From NCBI GenBank assembly GCA_031255645.1, contig JAIRSC010000090.1, positions 10,927-74,926 of the forward strand: a DNA stretch of 64,000 nt, written 5' to 3'. Source of the DNA: Treponema sp. (GTDB lineage Bacteria > Spirochaetota > Spirochaetia > Treponematales > Breznakiellaceae). A program made the position numbers and the translations under genes. Below the pieces are notes generated by a model. The model had not been told where the DNA came from, ran no database searches, and was given only the letters and a program-made list of their open reading frames with translations. Of this stretch, positions 47,214 through 55,222 are shown in pieces (the first letter of the stretch is position 1; every line of letters begins with the position of its first letter).

Positions 47214-47241
47214 TTTATAACAGAGAAAACCCAAAAATCAA
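47214..47241 (-). promoter_or_regulatory. candidate sigma70 promoter for rpsL operon
   Basis: Minus-strand reading is TTGATT-16 nt-TATAAA. This implies a leader of about 170 nt that contains a C(UUCG)G-type hairpin (47186-47203). Confidence 0.35.
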
Positions 47242-47453
47242 CGTTTCAGGGAACCCTGAATTAAAAAGGTATCAAAACAAAAAAAAAAGGTCAAGCCCCT
47301 TTGCGAAAAAAATTAAAATTTCGTCGAAAAAAGGGGAAAGCGCCGAAAGATTGCTGTTTCGCCATGGTTTTAAGTGTGTAGAATGTGCATAGCAGAAATA
47401 GAAGAGCGCTTTCATCGTTTCTACTCCTCTTCCGGCAGCCGGAGGGCCGTTAG

Positions 47454-47482
47454 TTGCTGAAACGGGGCTTCCCTGATATAGT
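47454..47482 (+). promoter_or_regulatory. candidate sigma70 promoter for the split transketolase genes
   Basis: TTGCTG-17 nt-TATAGT. It lies about 50 nt upstream of ATG 47538 (RBS AAGGAAGG). Confidence 0.4.
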
Positions 47483-47537
47483 ATGCGATATACGGAAAAT
47501 TCCGGCAAAAACGGTTTATTTTATAAGGAAGGTTTTT

Positions 47538-48365
47538 ATGGATAAAACGACACTGGATATGCTAAAAACCAGGGCCAGGGAAATCAGGAAGCTGACTATT
47601 GAGGAAATCGGCAATCTGGGTTCCGGCCATATCGGAGGGTCGATGTCGATTGTCGACGTACTCACCCTGCTCTATTACCACAAGATGAAGGTAGACCCTT
47701 CAAATCCCCGCTGGGAAGGCCGGGATCAACTGGTGGTTTCCAAGGGCCACGCCGGGCCCGCGGTCTACGCGGCGCTGGCTTCGAAGGGATTTTTCCCTGT
47801 AGACTGGCTTAAAACCCTGAACCAGGGGGGAACAAAGCTTCCCAGCCACTGCGACAGAACCCTGACGCCCGGCGTCGACATGACGGCCGGTTCCCTGGGG
47901 CAGGGCTTTTCCGCCGCCATCGGCATAGCGCTGGCGTTCCGTATGGACAAAAAGCCCAACGCCGTCTACGCGATTATCGGCGACGGTGAAAGCGACGAGG
48001 GCCAGATATGGGAAGGGGCGATGTTCGCCGCCGCGAAGAACATCAGCAATATCATCGCCTTTACCGACTACAACAAACAGCAGCTTGACGGATACACGAA
48101 AGACATTCTTGATCTGGGCGATCTTGCCGCCAAATGGAACGCGTTCGGCTGGTTTACCCAGCAGGTAGACGGCCACGATTTTGAGGCGCTGGACAAGGCT
48201 GTCGACGCGGCAAGGGCCCAAAACGAAAAGCCGTCGATGATTATCATGGATACGATCAAGGGCAAAGGATGCAGCTTTGCTGAGGGAATTGAAAAGAACC
48301 ACAGCATGGCGTTCAACATGGAAAAGGCCAAAGAAGCTATCGCCGCGCTGGACGCGGCGGATTAA
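47538..48365 (+). CDS. transketolase, N-terminal (TPP-binding) subunit
   Basis: Start at MDKTTLDML. SGHIGGSMS, GSLGQGFSAAIG and IIGDGESDEGQIWE are transketolase TPP-binding blocks. Confidence 0.9.
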   Translation: MDKTTLDMLKTRAREIRKLTIEEIGNLGSGHIGGSMSIVDVLTLLYYHKMKVDPSNPRWEGRDQLVVSKGHAGPAVYAALASKGFFPVDWLKTLNQGGTKLPSHCDRTLTPGVDMTAGSLGQGFSAAIGIALAFRMDKKPNAVYAIIGDGESDEGQIWEGAMFAAAKNISNIIAFTDYNKQQLDGYTKDILDLGDLAAKWNAFGWFTQQVDGHDFEALDKAVDAARAQNEKPSMIIMDTIKGKGCSFAEGIEKNHSMAFNMEKAKEAIAALDAAD

Positions 48366-48439
48366 GGGATGTCATGGAACCGCGTTTCATGTCCGGTTTT
48401 GCGCGCGGCTTTACGGCCGTTTTTATATAGAGGTTAACA

Positions 48440-49393
48440 ATGGGAAACGAAGAACTTAAAGAAATGCGGGCGGCGTATGTGGAAGCCGTGACCGCCCTGG
48501 CGGAAAAAAACAAAAATATCGTGGTTCTGGAAGCCGATCTGACAAATTGTACCAATACGGGAAGCTTTAAAAAGGCGTTTCCCGAACAGTTTGTCAACGT
48601 CGGCATTGCCGAAGCCAACATGGTCGGGATCGCTTCGGGCCTTTCGGCGGCGGGGAAAATCCCCTTCGCCTCAAGTTTCGGCTGTTTCAGTTCCCGGCGG
48701 GTTCACGACCAGTTTTTTATCTCGGCCAACTACGCGAAGCTTAACGTAAAACTTATCGGCATGGACCCCGGCGTAACGGCGGCGACGAACGGCGGCACCC
48801 ACATGCCGTTTGAGGACCTCGCCCTGATGAGGGTTATCCCTCATCTTACGATTATCGAGCCTTCCGACTATTACAGCTGCAAGGCTCTGACAAAAGAAGC
48901 CGCGGAACTCTACGGCTGTGTCTATATGCGCTGGCCCCGCAAGCCCGTTCCCGTACTCTATTCGGAAAGCGAAAGCTTCAAAATCGGGAAGGCAAAGCTT
49001 TTAAAAGAAGGCAAAGACGTCTGTTTTGTCTGTCTGGGAGGCTTTATGGTAAACGAGGCGCTTAAAGCCAGGGAAGAACTCGCGAAAGACGGCGTCGACG
49101 CGGGTATCGTCGATGTGTTGACGCTCAAGCCGATAGACAAAGAGACGATCCTCGGTCAGGCCGGCAGGGTAAAGGCCGTTATCAGCGCGGAAAACGCCCA
49201 AATAGCCTGCGGCCTTGGCAGCGCCGTCGCGGAAATTCTCGCGGAAAACGGCGCCGGCTGTAAATTTGCCCGTATCGGCATTCGGGACGAGTTCGGCGAA
49301 GTCGGCTCGCAGGATTACCTGGCAAAACGCTTCGGCCTGACCGCCGGCAAGTTTGTGGAAACGGCAAAAGAACTGCTCAAGCAGCCCGGATAA
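48440..49393 (+). CDS. transketolase, C-terminal (pyrimidine-binding) subunit
   Basis: 317 aa. FPEQFVNVGIAEANMVGIASGLS and GGTHMPFEDLALMRVIP. Confidence 0.9.
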   Translation: MGNEELKEMRAAYVEAVTALAEKNKNIVVLEADLTNCTNTGSFKKAFPEQFVNVGIAEANMVGIASGLSAAGKIPFASSFGCFSSRRVHDQFFISANYAKLNVKLIGMDPGVTAATNGGTHMPFEDLALMRVIPHLTIIEPSDYYSCKALTKEAAELYGCVYMRWPRKPVPVLYSESESFKIGKAKLLKEGKDVCFVCLGGFMVNEALKAREELAKDGVDAGIVDVLTLKPIDKETILGQAGRVKAVISAENAQIACGLGSAVAEILAENGAGCKFARIGIRDEFGEVGSQDYLAKRFGLTAGKFVETAKELLKQPG

Positions 49394-49404
49394 CCCGGAA
49401 CCGC

Positions 49405-50304
49405 CTATTGTCTTCGTCCCAGCGCGCCGGCGAACGCGACGACCTTTTTCCAGTGTTCCGTTGTCAGCCTGATGTGGCTGTCGCCGGGGCCGTTAAGGTT
49501 ACGCCATGTTTCGGGGATAAGCCGCCTGTCCGCGGGCCGGGGAACGGCGTCCGAAAGCAGAGACCGGGCCGCGCCGTGGCCGCCGCTCTGTCCGCGTACC
49601 AGGGCGGAAAAGGCCGCCGCCTCGCCGGAGGGAAGGACGGTAATGGTCTGGGCGCAGAGTCCCGCCCGGAAAAAACCCGCGTCGTCGGAAAAGGGCGCCG
49701 GAAGAAGCAGGGTTTTTTCGATTCCGGCGTTCCGGGCCGCTTCCAGCGCCTCCGCCCGCAGTTCCCGTACTTTGCCCCGGAACGCCGCGGCCCGGGAATC
49801 GCGGACATTTCGCAGCAAGGTATCCGCCGCGGTGGAAACAATCAGCGTATCTCCCGATCCGCAGGCGTCAAAAATAAAAATTCTGCCGTCGAAGCCGTTT
49901 TCCTTAAGGTAAAGCGCCAGGGCATAGGCGCCCTGATCTTCCAGGGTTTCGCCGGTTTTGAGTTCTTCGTTATCGGTAAAAAAAATAACAGGAGACGGCC
50001 CTTCGCCGCGTTCCGCCGCCCCGCGAAAACCCAGAGCGGCGTCGAGAAGCATAAATACCGCGGCGCTGTTGTCGTTGGCCCCGGAACTGCCTTCGGCCCT
50101 GTCATAGTGGGCGGTAAAAGCGACGGCGGAAAAGGCCCTTTTCCGGGGAAAAACGACGATGTGCCTGTTTTTCCCCAGGACAAGTTCCGTAAAATCAAGG
50201 CCCGATTCTTCAAGTACAGAGCACAGCAGGGAACGGCGATCCGCGTCCGGAGCGATAAATTCCATAAAGCGGGTATAGGGCGCTTTACGGAAAAGCTCGT
50301 GCAT
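49405..50304 (-). CDS. M28-family-like Zn peptidase (putative)
   Basis: 299 aa. AHYDRAEGSSGANDNSAAVFMLLDAA and FFTDNEE resemble the M28 metal-ligand blocks (HxD ... GAxDN ... EE). Recalled motif match only. Confidence 0.45.
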   Translation of the reverse strand: MHELFRKAPYTRFMEFIAPDADRRSLLCSVLEESGLDFTELVLGKNRHIVVFPRKRAFSAVAFTAHYDRAEGSSGANDNSAAVFMLLDAALGFRGAAERGEGPSPVIFFTDNEELKTGETLEDQGAYALALYLKENGFDGRIFIFDACGSGDTLIVSTAADTLLRNVRDSRAAAFRGKVRELRAEALEAARNAGIEKTLLLPAPFSDDAGFFRAGLCAQTITVLPSGEAAAFSALVRGQSGGHGAARSLLSDAVPRPADRRLIPETWRNLNGPGDSHIRLTTEHWKKVVAFAGALGRRQ

Positions 50305-50306
50305 GG

Positions 50307-51293
50307 CTAGAGTTTGTTCACTTTAAAATTTCGGGAAGGATTAACAAGTTCTTCCTGGGCGGTGACAATGCTGATTTCCCGAATCCCCGCCTTGTGGGTC
50401 GCCTCTATAATGCCGTATACCGACGCCGCGGTCAGTTCCAGCGTCCGGCGTATGTCCCCGGTTTCAAGATAGCGGGAAAGAAACACCGCCGTGGTAAGAT
50501 CGCCTGAACCCGCCATCATCGAAATATTCTCGAAGTACAGTTCGGGGGTACACACACTGTAGATATCCCTGCCGTCCGAAGCGAGCATTTCGAGGTTTCG
50601 GGAAGCCGGGCTTCCCGTGGAAGCCGAGCTTCCCGTGGAAGTCGAGCCGCCCGTGGAAGCCGAGCTTTCCGTGGAAGCCGGGTTTTCGTCCGGCGGCGGG
50701 CTTTCGGAAGCGGGATCGGCGAGGGCGCCTGAAACCTGGCCCTGCCGGTAACTGGTAACCAGCACGATTTTCGGCCCCGCTTTGTGGAGGGCCTCTATCG
50801 CCCCAACCGCGCCGTCAAGGCCCGCGGTTTCGATTCCGGTAAGGGCCTCAAGCTCAAACTGGTTCGGGGTAATAATATCCGCGAGCGGAACCACTTCGCG
50901 CCTGAACATGTCGGGAATGTCGGGGCTTACATAAAAACCCCTCCCCACGTCCCCCATTACCGGATCGCAGCAATAGAGGACCTTTGGAGCGGCGGCCCGC
51001 ACCCGCTTTACCGCGCCGAGAATGGCCCTGCCCATGGAAGCGTCTCCCAGATAACCGGACAGCACCGCCTCGCAGTTTCCCAGGACACCCCTTTCTTCCA
51101 GGCCCAGGACGATTTCCTCCACGAGCGAAGAGCCGAGCACCTTGCCGCGCCAGGCTTTGTAGCCGGTGTGGTTCGAGAATTCGACCGTATGCACCGCCCA
51201 GACCTCCCGGCCCAGGCGCTGAAGGGGAAAAACAGCGGCGCTGTTTCCGGCGTGTCCGTACGCGACGTGAGATTGTATTGAAAGTACAGCCAT
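50307..51293 (-). CDS. pdxY: pyridoxal kinase (PdxK/PdxY family) carrying a Ser/Thr-rich repeat insertion
   Basis: Start at MAVLSIQSHVAYGHAGNSAAVFPLQRLG (AAAGGTGA upstream), very close to the PdxY N-terminus. Ribokinase-fold C-terminal GSGDLTTAVFL. Confidence 0.75.
   Translation of the reverse strand: MAVLSIQSHVAYGHAGNSAAVFPLQRLGREVWAVHTVEFSNHTGYKAWRGKVLGSSLVEEIVLGLEERGVLGNCEAVLSGYLGDASMGRAILGAVKRVRAAAPKVLYCCDPVMGDVGRGFYVSPDIPDMFRREVVPLADIITPNQFELEALTGIETAGLDGAVGAIEALHKAGPKIVLVTSYRQGQVSGALADPASESPPPDENPASTESSASTGGSTSTGSSASTGSPASRNLEMLASDGRDIYSVCTPELYFENISMMAGSGDLTTAVFLSRYLETGDIRRTLELTAASVYGIIEATHKAGIREISIVTAQEELVNPSRNFKVNKL
50601..50690. repeat. 5 tandem copies of an 18-bp unit inside pdxY (in-frame; encodes repeating 6-aa Ser/Thr/Gly/Ala units such as STGSSA)
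   Basis: GGAAGCCGGGCTTCCCGT / GGAAGCCGAGCTTCCCGT / GGAAGTCGAGCCGCCCGT / GGAAGCCGAGCTTTCCGT / GGAAGCCGGGTTTTCGTC. Confidence 0.85.
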
Positions 51294-51356
51294 GGATTCA
51301 CCTTTTACCAAAGCGGCAAAACGCCGCCGTTGTTCAATCGGACATTAACAAACCTG

Positions 51357-52277
51357 TTAACGACGCCTCTTTCCAAAGATACCCTTTACAAGCGACAGAA
51401 TCAAGGCGGGAAGCTTCCGGGGAACGATGCCGTATCTGTCTCCAAAGTCCCGCGCCGCGTCGAGAATCGAATAGTGCCCATACTTTTTTTTGAGCAGATC
51501 CCAGCGCTTGACGATCCACACGTAAAGATCGCTGGGGGTTCTGCCCGGAAACTGGCCGCAGAGGTTTTCCTTGATGATGATGTCCACAATCGGCGTATAT
51601 ACATTGTTATACCAGGAAGAGAGCGCCTCGCCGAAAGGGATTTCGCCGGACTGTTCCTGGTTAAGAAAGTACTTGTGAACCAGAATGTGGTTGTAGATTA
51701 CGTCGTAGCGGCCCGGTATCGTAAAATCGAGGCTGCCGCAGCCGGTAATTTTTTCAAATTCAGTCTTTTGACAAAACTCTTTTTTCTCGTATGCGACAAG
51801 AGCCTTTCGCAGATCGTCCACGGTCATGGACGGGCTTATGCTTATCTCCGTGGAAAGGCTTATCACTTCCGCGTCGACATTCTCTATGCCCTGGGTTTTC
51901 GCGACTGATACCCGGTGGTTCCCGTCCCTGACAAAATACACTCCCCCGATTTCGTAAAGCTGTATCGGCGGCAGCGTAATGTCGCTGAGCCGGGCTTCGT
52001 CGATCCGTTCCCAGCGGGGCCGCAGATGATCCGATTTGGGAAGAAAGTACTTGTTGAAATCCCTGTAGCGGCCTTCGCTTCCCACGATAAGGCGTATCGG
52101 CACCGCCCGCATCCCCCTGTAGGTTTCGCTTTTCGGCCTGAGTATCCGTTTTACGTCGTCAAGGGAAAGCAGCGTGATTTTGTCGTGGTCCAAAAAATGC
52201 ATGATCCGCTGAAAGAATTCTCTGGCGCGGGCCCTGGAAAAATCCTCCGCCGCCTGATTTTTAATTGTTCCCGTCAT
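51357..52277 (-). CDS. ParB/Srx-fold N-terminal domain protein with uncharacterised C-terminal domain
   Basis: 306 aa. IGGVYFVRDGNHRVSVAKTQGIENVDAEV resembles the ParB/sulfiredoxin DGxHR core. The C-terminal half is unassigned. Confidence 0.45.
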   Translation of the reverse strand: MTGTIKNQAAEDFSRARAREFFQRIMHFLDHDKITLLSLDDVKRILRPKSETYRGMRAVPIRLIVGSEGRYRDFNKYFLPKSDHLRPRWERIDEARLSDITLPPIQLYEIGGVYFVRDGNHRVSVAKTQGIENVDAEVISLSTEISISPSMTVDDLRKALVAYEKKEFCQKTEFEKITGCGSLDFTIPGRYDVIYNHILVHKYFLNQEQSGEIPFGEALSSWYNNVYTPIVDIIIKENLCGQFPGRTPSDLYVWIVKRWDLLKKKYGHYSILDAARDFGDRYGIVPRKLPALILSLVKGIFGKRRR

Positions 52278-52905
52278 GGGCGTTTTCTTCCGTAGTTAAA
52301 AGATACTGACTGTAGGCGTTTATTACCAGGGTTTTCCCGCAGGCAGTGCTTCGCGCGCTCGCGAGGTCGTAAAGATGAATATGGCCGTGAACAAGATACC
52401 GGGGCCTGAAGGTTTTCATAAACCAGAGAAAGCATTTAAAACCCCGGTGGCAGGGATCTTCCCGGTCGTGTATTCCCCTCGGCGAAGCGTGGGTAAGGAG
52501 TATGTCGAGCCAGCGCCCCCGAAAGATCCGGTTGAGAATCAGCGACGGAACGAGTTTTACGATTTCGAGAAACATCATCGCTTCCGAATACTGGTTTTTG
52601 CCGCCGTTGTACCACATCGATCCGCCAAGACCGGCGACGATAAGGCCACATTCCGCTTTTACCCTGGATCCTATGTGGGTAAGGCCCGAACTGCCCGGAT
52701 GCTTCAGGTAACGTTCGTAGCCTTCGAAGTTGTGGTTGCCGTAGACAAAAAGCAGGGGCCGGTTGAGGCTTGAGACGATAAAATCAAGGTAATCCAGCGG
52801 AAGATCGCCCGCGCAGAGTACCATGTCCACATCTCCGTAACGAATCTTGATTGACGACGAATACACAAGCGGATCAATCTGGTCCGAAACGCAGAGTATT
52901 TTCAT
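52261..52905 (-). CDS. metallophosphoesterase (calcineurin-like)
   Basis: 214 aa. MKILCVSDQ, CAGDL, YGNHN, LTHASP and VHGHIH match the ordered phosphoesterase motifs. Confidence 0.7.
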   Translation of the reverse strand: MKILCVSDQIDPLVYSSSIKIRYGDVDMVLCAGDLPLDYLDFIVSSLNRPLLFVYGNHNFEGYERYLKHPGSSGLTHIGSRVKAECGLIVAGLGGSMWYNGGKNQYSEAMMFLEIVKLVPSLILNRIFRGRWLDILLTHASPRGIHDREDPCHRGFKCFLWFMKTFRPRYLVHGHIHLYDLASARSTACGKTLVINAYSQYLLTTEENAHDGNN

Positions 52906-52915
52906 TCGCGCCGGA

Positions 52916-54271
52916 TTATGTCTGCCGCAGGAGAAGCTGGAGTTTTTCTTTGTTGAACAGTTCCACGGAGCGGGATTCGGCGTATTCCAGCGCGGCGCCG
53001 GTAAAACCGGAACTTGAAATGACCGCCGCCCGGCCCATGTTCTGCGCCTTGGCGTCGTCCAGTATGGAACGTATTTTGGAATCGTCCACCGGATCCGGGA
53101 TACGGTAGATTCGTATCAGCCGGGGCATTTTACGGGTATTGCGCCATTTTGCCGAATCGTTCTCTATGGCTACAAATTCCCCGCCGTCGGGTATGGAACG
53201 GGACTGTTTGACCTGGAGGGAAAACCCGGCCTCGATAAGTTTTGTACAGATCGCCATAAAACCCTGCTGGTTCGCGCTGAGAAAATCCTTTACCGCGTCG
53301 TCGCTTCTAAGATCCTGGTACTGGGCGAGTTTCGCTTCAACGTCCCTGAAACCCTGCTTTACCGAATGAATCTTGTCCCACTGGGCAAGCGCCTTGTCCA
53401 TGTTCCTGGTTTTTTCATAGCACATCGCGAGAAAGTACCGGGCGTAGAGGCTTTCCTGGGCGTTTTCCACGGTAATGCCGCGCACCGCCCGTTCCAGATC
53501 GGGAATCGCCCTGTCCGGGGCGTTAAGCGACATATAACAGCCGCCCCGTTCCAGAAGCGCCCGCAGACGGAAGCCCTGATCCCGGGCGGCCTTTTCAAAC
53601 GTGGCTATCGCGTCCTGAAAATCCTTTCCGTCTTTTTGTATTTTTCCAAGATAGTAATAGGCCGCGGCGTCGTACTTTAACTTGAGCGAACGTTCCAGGG
53701 CGGGTTTGGCTTCGGCGACGTTCTTGCTTTTATAAAGCATCTTTCCCAGCTCAAGCTGAATTTCAGGATTCCTTGGGGAAAGTTCCGCGGCCTTTTTTAA
53801 ATAATTCACCCCCATATCGAGACGGTTTCTTTCGGTGAAGAGTTTTCCCGCTTCGTAGTAGTAATCCGCTTTTTGGGGATTCAGCCTGATAAGAAGAACG
53901 TATTCCTTGAGGGCGTCTTCGCTCTGTTTATTTTTGGCAAAAAGCCTGGCAAGTTCCCGGCGGAATTCCTCTTCCGGAATCTGTTCGCCGAGGTTTCCCG
54001 ACTCGGTAATGATTTTGAATTCGGCCAGGGCGAGATCGTCTTTTTTATCGACAAGATACGCTTTTCCAAGCATATAGCGGGCGTCGGCGTTCTTCGGTTC
54101 CCTGGCGAGCAGGGCTTTCGCGGCCTTGATCGCCGTTTGGGCCCTGCCCCGCTTGACAAGTTCGTTGATTCCCTCGACCCGCCTGGGCAGGGCTATGGAT
54201 TTAATGATAAAAAACAGCAGAAAGCCGGATCCCGTGGCGATAAAAATACTTACGACGATTACAAACGTCAT
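52916..54271 (-). CDS. membrane-anchored TPR-repeat protein with C-terminal restriction-endonuclease-like (Mrr_cat-like, probably degenerate) domain
   Basis: Start taken at MTFVIVVSIFIATGSGFLLFFII (TM helix). Multiple TPR-like A..Y..G/A..Y pairs. The C-terminus LIEAGFSL...PDGGEFVAIE...LIRIYR...AAVISSSGFTGAALEYAES...LLL parallels the Mrr catalytic-domain layout. Confidence 0.5.
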   Translation of the reverse strand: MTFVIVVSIFIATGSGFLLFFIIKSIALPRRVEGINELVKRGRAQTAIKAAKALLAREPKNADARYMLGKAYLVDKKDDLALAEFKIITESGNLGEQIPEEEFRRELARLFAKNKQSEDALKEYVLLIRLNPQKADYYYEAGKLFTERNRLDMGVNYLKKAAELSPRNPEIQLELGKMLYKSKNVAEAKPALERSLKLKYDAAAYYYLGKIQKDGKDFQDAIATFEKAARDQGFRLRALLERGGCYMSLNAPDRAIPDLERAVRGITVENAQESLYARYFLAMCYEKTRNMDKALAQWDKIHSVKQGFRDVEAKLAQYQDLRSDDAVKDFLSANQQGFMAICTKLIEAGFSLQVKQSRSIPDGGEFVAIENDSAKWRNTRKMPRLIRIYRIPDPVDDSKIRSILDDAKAQNMGRAAVISSSGFTGAALEYAESRSVELFNKEKLQLLLRQT

Positions 54272-54439
54272 CCGGCGCTCCGGGCCGGGTACGCCGGCAT
54301 GAAGAAAAAATCGGGAAAAAAGGCTTGACAACGGGGCGCGGGCCCGGCACAGGATTTTTTCATGCAAATGTAGTATCTTTACCGATATAATTATAATAGT
54401 GGTTTAAACGGTTTTATGTAAAGGTATCGGGAGGGAGCG

Positions 54440-55222
54440 TTGAGACGTTTCAATCAATGTTGTATTTTTTTTCTTATAACGGGCGTTCTTTTCGCCCAGA
54501 ATCCCGGCATTAGGGACGGATCGTCGCCGGGTGGAACCTCGCCAGGCGGATCTTCGCAGGGCGGAACTTCGCCGGGCGGATCGTCGCCGGATTTCCGGCA
54601 GGGCGAGGAGCTTTTTCTGAGGAACAGGCCCGCCGAAGCCGTCGGTTTTCTTGAAAAAGTCAACGCCGCCGAGCCGGCCAATATACCCGCGGCGCTGTAT
54701 CTGGCGATGGCCTACGAACAGCTCGGCAGGGCGGACAACGCCATCGCCGTTTACAGGCGGATTCTTCCCGCCGGCGGGGAATATACCGCCCTTATCGCGT
54801 TTAACCTTGGCAACGTGTATTATGCCAAAGGCACGGCGGCTTTCGCGGAACAGTTTTATACCCAGGCAATCGAGGCCGATCCGGGCTACGCTTCGGCCTA
54901 CCTTAACAGGGCGAACACCCGGATAAAAACCGGCGCCCTGGCGGAAGCCGTTCCCGACTACGAGCTGTACCTTGCCCTGGAGCCGGCTTCTTCCAAGCGT
55001 CCCCAGATTGAGCGGCTTATCTCGCTTGTCGAGGAAGAAGCCGCCGCCGCCGAACGGCACAGACTGGCCGTCGAAGCGGCCGCCAGGGCGGAAGAGGAAC
55101 GGCGGCGGCAGCTTATTGACGAGGTTTCGGCCTCGCTTCAGGCGGCGGCCGAGGAAACACAGGGTTTTACGGCGGGTTCCGAAGATGTAACGGGTTATGA
55201 AGGAGAATTTGAACTGGAATGA
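54440..55222 (+). CDS. secreted TPR protein with GG(S/T)SP repeat and coiled-coil tail
   Basis: 260 aa. Signal peptide, GSSPGGTSPGGSSQGGTSPGGSSPD, then TPR-like repeats (AIAVYRRIL, AEQFYTQAIEADPGYASAYLNRA). Confidence 0.7.
   Translation: MRRFNQCCIFFLITGVLFAQNPGIRDGSSPGGTSPGGSSQGGTSPGGSSPDFRQGEELFLRNRPAEAVGFLEKVNAAEPANIPAALYLAMAYEQLGRADNAIAVYRRILPAGGEYTALIAFNLGNVYYAKGTAAFAEQFYTQAIEADPGYASAYLNRANTRIKTGALAEAVPDYELYLALEPASSKRPQIERLISLVEEEAAAAERHRLAVEAAARAEEERRRQLIDEVSASLQAAAEETQGFTAGSEDVTGYEGEFELE
54518..54592. repeat. 5 tandem 15-bp units (in-frame) in the TPR gene
   Basis: GGATCGTCGCCGGGT / GGAACCTCGCCAGGC / GGATCTTCGCAGGGC / GGAACTTCGCCGGGC / GGATCGTCGCCGGAT. Confidence 0.8.
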
